The notes under the pieces are model-generated. The model was given only the letters and a program-made list of their open reading frames with translations, searched no databases and was not told the DNA's origin. 64,000 nt of DNA from Vicinamibacteria bacterium (lineage in GTDB: Bacteria; Acidobacteriota; Vicinamibacteria; Marinacidobacterales; Marinacidobacteraceae), in contig OY729431.1 in assembly GCA_963422395.1 (NCBI GenBank), positions 480,001-544,000 of the forward strand. The letters are read 5' to 3'. Of this stretch, positions 42,001-51,372 are shown piece after piece; position 1 is the first letter of the stretch; each line of letters starts with the position of its first letter. A program made the translations under genes and the position numbers.

Positions 42001-43464
42001 AGGCGGTCTGGTGGAGCAGCGTGCTGCCGTTCGCGTCGCGTGCCTCGGGGTCGGCGCCGGCGGCGACGAGCGCCGCGAGCACGGCGGGGTTCGGGTTGTT
42101 CCAGGCGGCTCGCTGCAGCGGGGTGCTGCCGTTCGCGTCGCGGCTGTCGGGATCGGCGCCGGCGGCGGCGAGCGCTGCGATCACAGCGGGGTCCGGGTTG
42201 TTCGAGGCGGCCTGATGGAGGGGGGTGTTGCCGTTCGCGTCGCGGCTGTCGGGGTCGGCGCCGGCGGCGGCGAGCGCTGTGATCACAGCGGGGTCCGGGT
42301 TGTTCGAGGCGGCCTGATGGAGGGGGGTGTTGCCGTTCGCGTCGCGGCTGTCGGGGTCGGCGCCGGCGGCGGCGAGCGCTGCGATCACGGCGGGGTCCGG
42401 GTTGCTCCAGGCGGCCTGATGGAGGGGGGTGTCGCCGTTCGCGTCGCGGCTGTCGGGATCGGCGCCGGCGGCGGCGAGCGCTGCGATCACGGCGGGGTTC
42501 GGGTTGTTCGAGGCGGCCTGATAGAGCGGGGTGCTGCCGGCTCTGTCGCGTGCCTCGGGGTCGGCGCCGGCGGCGGCGAGCGCTGCGATCACGGCGGGTT
42601 CCGGGTTGTTCTTGACGGCCTCGTGGAGGGGGGTGTTGCCGGCTTCGTCGCGGCTGTCGGGGTCGGCGCCGGCGGCGGCGAGCGCTGCGATCACGGCGGG
42701 GTTCGGGTTGTTCGAGGCGGCCTGATGGAGGGGGGTGTTGCCGTCCGCGTCGCGGCTGTCGGGGTCGGCGCCGGCGGCGGCGAGCGCTGCGATCACGGCG
42801 GGGTCCGGGTTGCTCCAGGCGGTCTGGTGGAGCAGCGTGCTGCCGTTCGCGTCGCGTGCCTCGGGGTCGGCGCCGGCGGCGGCGAGCGCCGCGAGCACGG
42901 CGGGGTTCGGGTTGTTCTTGACGGCCTCGTGGAGGGGGGTGTTGCCGGCTTCGTCGCGGCTGTCGGGGTCGGCGCCGGCGGCGGCGAGCGCTGCGATCAC
43001 GGCGGGGTTCGGGTTGTTCGAGGCGGCCTGATGGAGGGGGGTGTTGCCGTCCGCGTCGCGGCTGTCGGGGTCGGCGCCGGCGGCGGCGAGCGCTGCGATC
43101 ACGGCGGGGTCCGGGTTGCTCCAGGCGGTCTGGTGGAGCAGCGTGCTGCCGTTCGCGTCGCGTGCCTCGGGGTCGGCGCCGGCGGCGACGAGCGCCGCGA
43201 GCACGGCGGGGTTCGGGTGGAGCAGCGTGCTGCCGTGTTCCAGGCGGCTCGCTGCAGGGGGGTGCTGCCGTTCGCGTCGCGTGCCTCGGGGTCGGCGCCG
43301 GCGGCGAGACAGGCGGCCACTTCGTCCGGGGTGGCCCTCTCGAAGAAAGCCCAGGTGTTCCACGTGCTGCAGTCCAAAGTCTGCCTCTCGGCCGCTGCCG
43401 AACAGACTGTCACCATGAGGAACGAGGCCGCCGCAGCCAGAAAGCTCGTAGGAACCCGGATCAT
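36011..43464 (-). CDS. Giant ankyrin-repeat protein (~70 repeats) with N-terminal signal peptide and C-terminal TM anchor; frameshifted by a 17-bp insertion at 43219-43235
   Basis: 34-aa repeats DxxGxTPLHxAxxNNPxPAVIAALAAAGADPDSR. Signal and cap (MIRVPTSFLAAAASFLM...CSTWNTWAFFERATPDEVAACL) are in ORF 43099..43470; the array and WPVLLIAAVLTVGIGG are in ORF 36011..43363. Confidence 0.9.
36130..43305 (-). repeat. 102-bp tandem repeat array, ~70 copies, with higher-order blocks
   Basis: 69 repeats counted in the 2450-aa ORF plus one disrupted repeat. Two units near the C-terminus are 99 bp. Confidence 0.97.
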
Positions 43465-43617
43465 CACCACACCATTATCGGTGCACTTGGGGAAGCCCCG
43501 CTTTCACGGATTCGTCGAGACGCGCCGAATACCGGGGATGTTGCGATGTGAGACGCCTTTTCTGCGGGCTGCGCCCCGAGAAGACTTCCGACCCTTCGTC
43601 GCTTGCCGTGCGGGCCG

Positions 43618-44658
43618 TCAGGGCTCGCCGCCGGCGAGTTGGCGGAAGGCCGCGGCGATCTCTTCCGGGCTGCTGCCGGCGCCGAGGGCGGCGGTGAGGA
43701 GCATCCGCGCTTTCAGGCCGTCGAGGTCTTCTCCGGAGACCACGCCGAGCTCCTGCTGGGATCCGGAGAGGACGACTCGCCCGCTTCCGGTGCGAGTCGT
43801 GAAGACCACTGCGGCCCCTGCTTCGCGCACCGCACCCACCGCCTCCATCACCGGCGGCGGAGCGTTGCCCCGTCCAAAGACTTCGACCACGACCCCGCGC
43901 ATTCCTCTCTCGGCAGCGGCGCGGATGGCTGCTGCGCCGCCGCCGGCAGTGAGACGGACGAGTTCCACGCGAGGCTCGATCTCCTCGGCCGGAAGATGGA
44001 TCCGGCGGCGCGGAGTGTGGAAGAGCAGGATTTCGCCCGCGTCCACCGCGCCCACCGGCCCGGTGTCCGGGGAGGCGAAGGCGTGGAGGGCGACAGAGTG
44101 GGTCTTTTCGACCTCCCGGGCGGCGTGGATCTGCCCGTTCAGCACCACCAGCACTCCGAGGTTCCGCGTCCGGGACGAGCCCGCTACCCGGATCGCGTCC
44201 AGCAGGTTGCGGGGGCCGTCGGTGTCCGGGGAGCGGGGCGCCCGCTGCGCGGCGGCGAAGACCACCGGGCGGCCGGCGGGAAGGAGCAGATCGAGCAGAA
44301 ACGCGGTCTCCTCCAGCGAGTCGGTGCCGTGGCTCACCACGATTCCCGCGAGCTCGGGGCGGCCCCCGAAGACCTCTGCGATCCGGTTGGCGAGGCGGAA
44401 CTGCAGCTCGGGATGCATGCGGGAGCTCCCGATCCGAGAGAAGTCTTCGGTGGTGAGCTGTGCCATCCTGCCGAGGTCTGGCAGCCGGGCGCGGAGATCG
44501 GCGGCTTCGAGCGGTCCGCTGGCTCCGCCGGAGATCGTGCCGCCGGTGCCGATCAGGTGGACCTCCGGCAGGGGCTGGGGTCGAGCGGCGGGCAGAGTCG
44601 GGAGCAAGAGTGTCAGGAGGGCCGCGACGGGGGCGGGCCCGAGAGATAGGAACTGCAT
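43618..44658 (-). CDS. L-asparaginase (type II-like, secreted)
   Basis: IGTGGTI, HGTDSLEET, AAQR, DGPRNL, KTHS, FGRGN; signal-like N-terminus. Confidence 0.92.
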   Translation of the reverse strand: MQFLSLGPAPVAALLTLLLPTLPAARPQPLPEVHLIGTGGTISGGASGPLEAADLRARLPDLGRMAQLTTEDFSRIGSSRMHPELQFRLANRIAEVFGGRPELAGIVVSHGTDSLEETAFLLDLLLPAGRPVVFAAAQRAPRSPDTDGPRNLLDAIRVAGSSRTRNLGVLVVLNGQIHAAREVEKTHSVALHAFASPDTGPVGAVDAGEILLFHTPRRRIHLPAEEIEPRVELVRLTAGGGAAAIRAAAERGMRGVVVEVFGRGNAPPPVMEAVGAVREAGAAVVFTTRTGSGRVVLSGSQQELGVVSGEDLDGLKARMLLTAALGAGSSPEEIAAAFRQLAGGEP

Positions 44659-44762
44659 GAGGCGCTCTTTATACCGGGCCTTTCCTGCTCGGAGCTCCGA
44701 TGCTTCGGGCTACCGCAGTTTGCCGCGGAGCGGCCCCCGGAGCAGCCCGCCCGATTCCGCCG

Positions 44763-45584
44763 TCAGGAACCTCCGGTCCCGATGTGGATGGCGCCGTTCA
44801 CGGTGCGTACCCGGCACTCGCCTCCCCCCTCGTCCAACTGGACGGTTTTTCGGCGCCGGGTCGGGATATCCAGCTCCTCGGCGCCCGCGAGCTCCATGAC
44901 CACCCGCCCATTCACTGCCTGCGCGTCCACGCGTCCGTTCGCTTCGGAATCGAGGGTCAGCAGTACCTTTCCGTTCACGGTGCGGAAGGAGTGCTCGTCA
45001 CCCGGGCCGAAGCGGTCGAACGCGCACTCGATCCGCCCGTTCACGGTCTGGGCGTTCACGCTGCCGCGCTGCCCGGTGAGCAGGAGCGAGCCGTTCACCG
45101 TCTGGATGGCGACTTCGCCCGAAATGCCGGAGACCTCCACCGAGCCATTCACCGTTTCGATTCTCAGGTCGGCGCGCTCTGGCAGACGGATCGCGTAGTG
45201 GACGGCGCCGTGTTTCCCTCCCCACATCCCGCGCCGTTTCGGCCGCCGGGTGCGGACTTGAAGGCCCATGGAGGTCTGCTGGATCTCAACGGAGACCTCG
45301 TCGAGAGCGGAGTCGTCGGCTCCGACCTTTCGGGCGGTGATCTCCGCTTGGGAGCGGTCCCAAGCGGCGATCGAGACTCGTCCGTTCACATTCCTGAGAT
45401 CGAGCAGATCGCCGGAGTGGAACTCTTCCGTGAAGATCTCGGTTGCCTCGGCGTTCGGCTCCCAGGGGAGGGCGGTCGCGCACCCGGACGCCCCGGCGAG
45501 ACCGGGGACGAGAAGCAGGGCAGGCAGGCGATGGGGCAGCCCGGAACCGCGGGCTGCATTTCGAATTGCCGTCAGGCCGACCAT
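44763..45584 (-). CDS. DUF4097 beta-strand repeat lipoprotein
   Basis: Six [T/N/A]VNG repeats; possible lipobox ASGC. Confidence 0.8.
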   Translation of the reverse strand: MVGLTAIRNAARGSGLPHRLPALLLVPGLAGASGCATALPWEPNAEATEIFTEEFHSGDLLDLRNVNGRVSIAAWDRSQAEITARKVGADDSALDEVSVEIQQTSMGLQVRTRRPKRRGMWGGKHGAVHYAIRLPERADLRIETVNGSVEVSGISGEVAIQTVNGSLLLTGQRGSVNAQTVNGRIECAFDRFGPGDEHSFRTVNGKVLLTLDSEANGRVDAQAVNGRVVMELAGAEELDIPTRRRKTVQLDEGGGECRVRTVNGAIHIGTGGS

Positions 45585-45733
45585 GACAGATCTTCGATAC
45601 GCACCCGGACTCCAAAGGGTTCCCTCGGCGGCCGATGCAGGGGGCTGCCCCCTCGTCGAGGACTCCGGTACCGCGGGTTCCCGTATTCTCCGGCATCCAC
45701 GCTCCGGCGTTTCCAGTATCCGGGAGGGTCCCC

Positions 45734-46960
45734 ATGCTTCGTACTCTCGGAGAGGCTGCGCGGCCCGTCAGCCTGTTCCTGTTTCTCGTCCTTCTCCTCG
45801 CTTCGTTCGCTTCCGCACAACGAGACGAGCGGCCCCGTGCCCGGGACATCGGCCTCTCGCCCGGCATCCTCCCCCCCGGTCCCGAAAATGCGATCACCGA
45901 TGTTCCGGGCGTGCTCGTCGGGCAGGTGACGCTCGTCGAGGGCGAGGCGATCCGCACCGGGGTCACTGCGATCCTGCCTCATGACGGCAACATCTTCCAG
46001 GAGAAGGTTCCCGGTGCGGTCCATGTGGGAAACGCCTTCGGCAAACTGGTCGGGTCTCCCCAGGTGGTCGAGCTCGGAACGATCGAGACCCCCATCGTGC
46101 TGACGAACACGCTCTCGGTATGGGATGCCGCGCGCGCGGTCGTGATCCATGCGTTGTCCCTCCCGGGCAACGAGGAAGTGCGTTCGGTGAACCCGCTCGT
46201 CGGGGAGACGAACGACGGTTATCTGAACGACATCCGGAGCCTCCGGGTGCAGGAGAGTCATGTGCTGGAGGCGATCCGGACCGCGGCCTCCGGCCCGGTC
46301 GCCGAAGGCGCGGTAGGAGCCGGGACCGGCACCTCGGCGTTCGGCTGGAAAGGCGGAATCGGTACCTCTTCCCGCCGGCTTCCCGAGGAACTCGGCGGCT
46401 TCACCGTCGGGGCGCTCGTCCAGAGCAACTACGGTGGGGTGCTGATGATGGACGGGCTTCCGGTGGGCGAGGAGCTCGACCGCTTCTACCTGCGCGACCA
46501 GCTGCGCGGCAATGCGGGAGGCGGCTCCAGCCGGGATGGGGCCGCCGCCGAGGACCCGGACGGATCGATCATGATGGTGCTGGCTACCGACGCTCCGGTC
46601 CGGTCGCCCGGACTGACCCGGCTGGCGCGGCGGGCCATGCTCGGTCTCGCCCGGACCGGCGCCACTTCTTCGCACGGGAGCGGAGACTTCGTGATCGCCT
46701 TCTCGAATGCCGCATCGCTTCGCAGTCCGTTCCGGAGTGTCTCGACGATGGAGTCCGGCAGCGTCCTGCGCGGCGACCGCCTCTCTCCGCTCTTCCAGGC
46801 GGCCATCGAAGCCACGGAAGAGGCGGTGTACAACTCGATGCTGCAGGCGATCACGGTCACGGGCCGAAACGGCCACCGCCGCGAGGCCCTGCCCCTCGAA
46901 GACCTGCTCGCGGTGGGCCGCAAGTACAACCGACTGCATCCGCCCGGCGAACCCCCATGA
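45734..46960 (+). CDS. P1/S58-family (DmpA-like) aminopeptidase, secreted
   Basis: NAITDVPGVLVG, TGVTAILP, NAFGK, GETNDG, EGAVGAGTG, GWKGGIGTSSR, DG/SI autocleavage site, SHGSGD. Confidence 0.92.
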   Translation: MLRTLGEAARPVSLFLFLVLLLASFASAQRDERPRARDIGLSPGILPPGPENAITDVPGVLVGQVTLVEGEAIRTGVTAILPHDGNIFQEKVPGAVHVGNAFGKLVGSPQVVELGTIETPIVLTNTLSVWDAARAVVIHALSLPGNEEVRSVNPLVGETNDGYLNDIRSLRVQESHVLEAIRTAASGPVAEGAVGAGTGTSAFGWKGGIGTSSRRLPEELGGFTVGALVQSNYGGVLMMDGLPVGEELDRFYLRDQLRGNAGGGSSRDGAAAEDPDGSIMMVLATDAPVRSPGLTRLARRAMLGLARTGATSSHGSGDFVIAFSNAASLRSPFRSVSTMESGSVLRGDRLSPLFQAAIEATEEAVYNSMLQAITVTGRNGHRREALPLEDLLAVGRKYNRLHPPGEPP

Positions 46961-48111
46961 AGTCGGTTCGGCCCGGGGAACCGATTCAGATCGCCGGGGC
47001 CGGGCTTTCTGGGCTCTCCGCGGCGATCTCCCTCCGGGACCGGGGCTTCGAGGTCGAGGTCTTCGAGAAGCATCAGAGCCTCGGGAGCCGGTTTCCCGGA
47101 TCGCTTCAGATTCTCGACAACTTCACCTATCCCGGCGACTCTCTCGACGAGCTGCGCCGTCTGGGCGTTCTACCGTCGTTCGTGCGGCACCCTTTCTTCG
47201 GCTCGCGTTTCTTCACCCGCACCCGTTCCGGAGACGATCCCGGTGCCCATCGATATTGCGACCTAACGGGTGACCGCCCCTACGGCTACTGCGTGCGTCG
47301 GGGTGCGGAGCCCGGATGCCTCGATTTCGAACTGGCTCGGCAGGCGGAGGGCCGCGGTGCGCGGATCCGTTTCGGGACCTTTCTGGATCCCGAGAGCGCC
47401 GATATAGTCGCCACCGGACCGCGCGAAGCCGACGGCATCGCCGCCGAGCTCCATTTCTCGACGGGTGGCTCCGATCGGCTGGAAACCCTCTGGGATGAGG
47501 AGATCTTTCCGGGCGGCGGGTATTCCTATCGGATCGTGAGCCAAGGCCGCGGGATCCTCGCCATCGCTCTCATCGGCGCTGCCGACCGCCCGCGCGGGCG
47601 TTATGACGACCGCCTAGAGCGCAGTTGGGACTTCTTCCAGCGGCGCGACCCGATTCCCATGGTGCGCGGCCGGGTGCAGTGGTCACGGGTGAATTTCTAC
47701 CTTTGCGATTTCGCCCGTGCCGCGAAACCACTCCCGGGAGAAGCCGGCGGACTCATCGATTACACCGCCGGATTCGGCATTCGCGCAGCGATCGTTTCGG
47801 GATACCTCGCGGGGGTCAGTCTCGCCGAGGGGCTTCCCTTCGAGCGCCTGATCCGCCGGCGGTTCGGGCGCAGCCTGCGAGGGGCGATCGTGACCCGTGC
47901 ACTCATCGAGCGATTCGGCTTCGGCCCCTTCCTCCGCATCGCCGCGCACTCCGATTTTCGCCGTTTCATCGCCCGATTCGCTGGTCCCGGTCGATTCCGG
48001 GCGTTCCTGGCGCCGCTCGCCCAGCGCGCGCTCGGGCGAGCTGACCGCTGCCATCACACCGGTCCCTGCACCTGGTGCCGCCCCCGTTCGGTCTCGAGTG
48101 GTGCTGACTGA
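46957..48111 (+). CDS. FAD-dependent oxidoreductase, geranylgeranyl-reductase-like
   Basis: IAGAGLSGLSAA, VEVFEK, RRG...D..L, IVATGP, GEAGGLID...GFGIRAAIVSG; C-terminal CHHTGPCTWC. Confidence 0.78.
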   Translation: MKSVRPGEPIQIAGAGLSGLSAAISLRDRGFEVEVFEKHQSLGSRFPGSLQILDNFTYPGDSLDELRRLGVLPSFVRHPFFGSRFFTRTRSGDDPGAHRYCDLTGDRPYGYCVRRGAEPGCLDFELARQAEGRGARIRFGTFLDPESADIVATGPREADGIAAELHFSTGGSDRLETLWDEEIFPGGGYSYRIVSQGRGILAIALIGAADRPRGRYDDRLERSWDFFQRRDPIPMVRGRVQWSRVNFYLCDFARAAKPLPGEAGGLIDYTAGFGIRAAIVSGYLAGVSLAEGLPFERLIRRRFGRSLRGAIVTRALIERFGFGPFLRIAAHSDFRRFIARFAGPGRFRAFLAPLAQRALGRADRCHHTGPCTWCRPRSVSSGAD

Positions 48112-48973
48112 CCGGCAGAGGGACGCGGCGGCAGACCGGCTCTGCCGGCGGGTCGCACATCGGGCCGGCCCGAACTTCTCGGTGGGTTTCCGGCTGCTCC
48201 CGCGCCCGAAGCGCCGGGCGGTCTATGCCGCGTACGCATTCTGCCGCTTCGTGGATGACGAGGTGGACGAGGCGGCCGCCGCGGGCGGCATCGAGAACGC
48301 CCTCGACGCGTGGGAGGCGGAGCTGATGCGGGTGTACGAGGGGCGGCCGGAGCTCACCGTCGGGCTCGCGCTCGCGCGCAGCCTCGAACGGTTTCCGATC
48401 CCCCGGACGGCCTTCGAAGGTCTGATCGCCGGTTGCCGGCTCGACCTCTCGAAGACGCGGTATGCCGACTTCGACGAGCTGCTGGAGTACTGCCGGCTGG
48501 TGGCGGGGACGATCTCGACGATCTCCCTGGCGATCTTCGGCTTCGAAGACGAAGAGGCAGTTCGGCGCGGCGACCAGCTCGCCACCGCCTTCCAGTTGAC
48601 GAATGTGCTCCGCGATGTGGGGGAGGACATCCGGGAAAGGAATCGGATCTATGTCCCCGCTGACGAGATGGAGCGCTTCGGCGTCACCGAGGAAGATCTC
48701 CTCGCCGGCCGCCGTACCGAGCCGTTCCGCGAATTCATGATGTTCCAGCTGCAGCGGGCCCGGACCTGCTACCTCCGCGCCGAGCCCCTGCTTCGTCTGG
48801 TCCGGGAGGATGCGCGCCGCTGCATCTGGCTCATGGGGCGCGTGTATCTCGACATCCTCGATCGCATCGAAGCGAGCGGCTTCGCCGTCTTCGGCCCGCG
48901 TATCGGGATCCCGGCCGTCGGGAAAGCCGCCCTCGTTCTCAGGAGCCTCCGCGCCGACCTCAGCGGCTGGTGA
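48098..48973 (+). CDS. Squalene/phytoene synthase family (HpnD/CrtB-like)
   Basis: NFSVGFRLLP, YAFCRFVDDEVD, YCRLVAG, FQLTNVLRDVGED, RIYVP. Confidence 0.9.
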   Translation: MVLTDRQRDAAADRLCRRVAHRAGPNFSVGFRLLPRPKRRAVYAAYAFCRFVDDEVDEAAAAGGIENALDAWEAELMRVYEGRPELTVGLALARSLERFPIPRTAFEGLIAGCRLDLSKTRYADFDELLEYCRLVAGTISTISLAIFGFEDEEAVRRGDQLATAFQLTNVLRDVGEDIRERNRIYVPADEMERFGVTEEDLLAGRRTEPFREFMMFQLQRARTCYLRAEPLLRLVREDARRCIWLMGRVYLDILDRIEASGFAVFGPRIGIPAVGKAALVLRSLRADLSGW

Positions 48974-48983
48974 AGCGGCCCGG

Positions 48984-49667
48984 TCAGAGGGGCCATGCTT
49001 CCTGGCGCCAGGCCATGTCCCAGAACATCCACTCGTAGCGGGCGCTCATGGCGAAGTGCCGCGCCATGGCCCGCCGGGCGGGAACAGCGAGCGGGGCTGC
49101 GATCTGGTCGGTGAGATCCACCACCCGCTGCACCACGGCGTCGTATTCGGTGCTGCCGTAACTCTCGATCCAGCGCCGGTAGAGAGGATCGGGCGAAGGG
49201 GGCCGCCCGAGCAGCTCCTTGCCGACCTCCGCGTAGATCCAGTAGCACGGAAGGATGGCGGCGAGGCCTTCGTGGAAAGGGCGCGAATGCACCTGGGAGA
49301 GAAAGTAGCTGGTGTAGGCGAGGTTCGTCGGAGCCGGCTGGCGGGCGAAAAGATCGGCCCGTGCCCCGCCGAGTTCCGCAAGGAAACCTCCGAGCTGCTC
49401 GCGCTCTGCCTGCACCGTGGCTACTGCATCGCCGCAGAGCGCCGCGGTGATGTCCGGGTGGGGCGCCTTGCCGCCGAGAATCGCTACCGCCCGGGCGAAT
49501 TGGTGGAGGTAGAGCGCGTCCTCGATCACATAGAAGCGGAACACCTGGCGGTCCAGGCTGCCGTCGGCGAGCCTGCTGAGGAAGGGGTGGCGGAGGATCT
49601 CCGCGAAGGTAGGTTCGATGCCGGCCCAGAGGCGGCGGGTGAAACGGTCACTTCGGTTTTCCTTCAT
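48984..49667 (-). CDS. tenA: Thiaminase II / TenA family
   Basis: HPFL..LADGSL, FYVIEDALYL, AILPCYWIY, YRRWIESY, YEWMFWD. Confidence 0.92.
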   Translation of the reverse strand: MKENRSDRFTRRLWAGIEPTFAEILRHPFLSRLADGSLDRQVFRFYVIEDALYLHQFARAVAILGGKAPHPDITAALCGDAVATVQAEREQLGGFLAELGGARADLFARQPAPTNLAYTSYFLSQVHSRPFHEGLAAILPCYWIYAEVGKELLGRPPSPDPLYRRWIESYGSTEYDAVVQRVVDLTDQIAAPLAVPARRAMARHFAMSARYEWMFWDMAWRQEAWPL

Positions 49668-49697
49668 GCGCCCGAATGCTAATGGGTCGAACGCCGC

Positions 49698-51149
49698 CTA
49701 ACCGAATACCACCGGCACCCAGAACACCGCGAACAGGCTCGCGAGGACGGCGCCGATGATGTTCACCCCGATCCCGGCGCGCACCATCTGCGGGATCGTG
49801 AAGTGGCCGGTTCCGAACACGATGGCGTTCGGAGGAGTGGCCGCCGGCAGCATGAAGGCGCAGGAGGCGGCGACGGTCGCCGGGACGAGGAGTACGAGGG
49901 GAGGGATCCCGGCGCCCGCCGACACCGCGGCGAGGATCGGAACGATCATCGCCGTCGAGGCGAGGTTCGAGGCGAGTTCGGTGAGGAGGATCACGAACAA
50001 CACCACGAGCACACAGAACACCGGGGTCGGAAGCGCCGATGCTCCAGCGAGGCCGTCGCCGAGCACCCGCGAGAGCCCGCTCACCTCCAGCCCGTTCGCC
50101 AGGGAAAACCCGCCGCCGAACAGCAAGAGCACATCCCAGGGGATCTTCACCCCCCATCGCCAATCGAGGATGCGCGCGCCGGCGGCGCCCGATCCGGCGG
50201 GAACGAGAAAACAGAGAACGGTGGCCGCCATGGCGATGGTGGAATCGGTGATGAACGCTCCGTTCGGCACGACTGCCGTCCACACCGGGCGCAGCATCCA
50301 CAGGAGCGCAGTTGCGCCGAAGAGCGCCGCCACCCGTTTTTCGGGCGTTGAAATCGGACCGAGCTCACGGTAGGCGGCCTGGATCGGCGCAGCGCCTCCG
50401 GGAAGTTCTCGCAGGCGAATCGGGAACGCGAAACGGGTGAGCCAGAGCCAGGTGGCGGGGAGGAACAGCAGAGTCAGCGGCAGGGCGAAGGCCAGCCAGC
50501 GCAAGAAAGTGATCCGGAGGCCCAGCTCCGCCTCGAGGAATCCGGCGAGGAAGACATTCGGGGGGGTCCCGATCGGGGTGGCGAAACCTCCGATGGAAGC
50601 CGCGTAGGCGCAGCCGAGCATGAGACAGACCGCGAACGGGAACGCACCGGGGCCGGGCCGTCGGTCGGCCCCGTGCACTGCGGCGGAGACCTCCCGGATC
50701 ACGGCCATGCCGATCGGCATCATCATCGCGGTGGTCGCGGTGTTCGACATCCACATGGAAAGCAGCGCCGAAGCCGCCATGAACCCGAGCACGAGCCGGC
50801 GGGGCGAACTGCCGATGGCCAGCACGATGCGAAGGGCGATCCGCCGGTGCAGGTTCCAGCGCTCGATCGCCCGGGCGATCATGAAACCGCCCAGAAAGAG
50901 ATACACGAGGTGGTTCGCGTAGGGAGCCGCAGCTCCGGCGGCGTCGGCGATCCCGAGCACCGGGAAGAACACCAGGGGCAGCAGCGAAGTGACGGCGAGC
51001 GGCACCGCCTCGCTGACCCACCAGGTCGCCATGATCGCGGCGACCGCGAGCATCCGCCGCGCCTCGTCGGGCAATCCCGGAATCGGGATCGCGGCGATCG
51101 CGGCGAAGAGCCCCAGTCCGAGGACGAGCCCGATCCGCTCCCGCTGCAT
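49698..51149 (-). CDS. DASS/SLC13 sodium:di-/tricarboxylate or sulfate symporter
   Basis: WWVSEAVP, LSMWMSNTAT, ATPIGTPPN, TELASN, AFMLPAATPPNAI. Confidence 0.93.
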   Translation of the reverse strand: MQRERIGLVLGLGLFAAIAAIPIPGLPDEARRMLAVAAIMATWWVSEAVPLAVTSLLPLVFFPVLGIADAAGAAAPYANHLVYLFLGGFMIARAIERWNLHRRIALRIVLAIGSSPRRLVLGFMAASALLSMWMSNTATTAMMMPIGMAVIREVSAAVHGADRRPGPGAFPFAVCLMLGCAYAASIGGFATPIGTPPNVFLAGFLEAELGLRITFLRWLAFALPLTLLFLPATWLWLTRFAFPIRLRELPGGAAPIQAAYRELGPISTPEKRVAALFGATALLWMLRPVWTAVVPNGAFITDSTIAMAATVLCFLVPAGSGAAGARILDWRWGVKIPWDVLLLFGGGFSLANGLEVSGLSRVLGDGLAGASALPTPVFCVLVVLFVILLTELASNLASTAMIVPILAAVSAGAGIPPLVLLVPATVAASCAFMLPAATPPNAIVFGTGHFTIPQMVRAGIGVNIIGAVLASLFAVFWVPVVFG

Positions 51150-51372
51150 CAGTCCTGCTTCCGGCGAGACGAATCGCCGGGATGCGTTCCGGAAGTATGC
51201 CGACCGCATCGCAACGCCGGGCGGCTTCGTCCACAGGCTGCTGGAGCCCGCGGAACCTCATCCGGGGGTCTCGGGTTCGTCATCGGATGGCGCTACCGGG
51301 TGCGGCCCGCGATGTCGCCATGGATTTCCACGGGATGCTCCCCTTCGCGGCTAGGGTACTTTCCGCCGTCCC

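Noticed and set aside
36130-43305. 102-bp array as a CRISPR array or true TALE
   Set aside because: No unique spacers and no cas genes. The repeats are coding, with the ankyrin TPLH...GAD consensus rather than the TALE LTPxQVVAIAS consensus.
36050-44899. 2949-aa ORF on the + strand
   Set aside because: Antisense shadow of the ankyrin and asparaginase genes. A stop-free repeat unit plus GC-rich codon bias keeps it open; it has no recognisable domain.
51150-51372. TPP riboswitch upstream of DASS-tenA
   Set aside because: The CTGAGA and ACCTGAT...GCGNAGG core motifs are not present.
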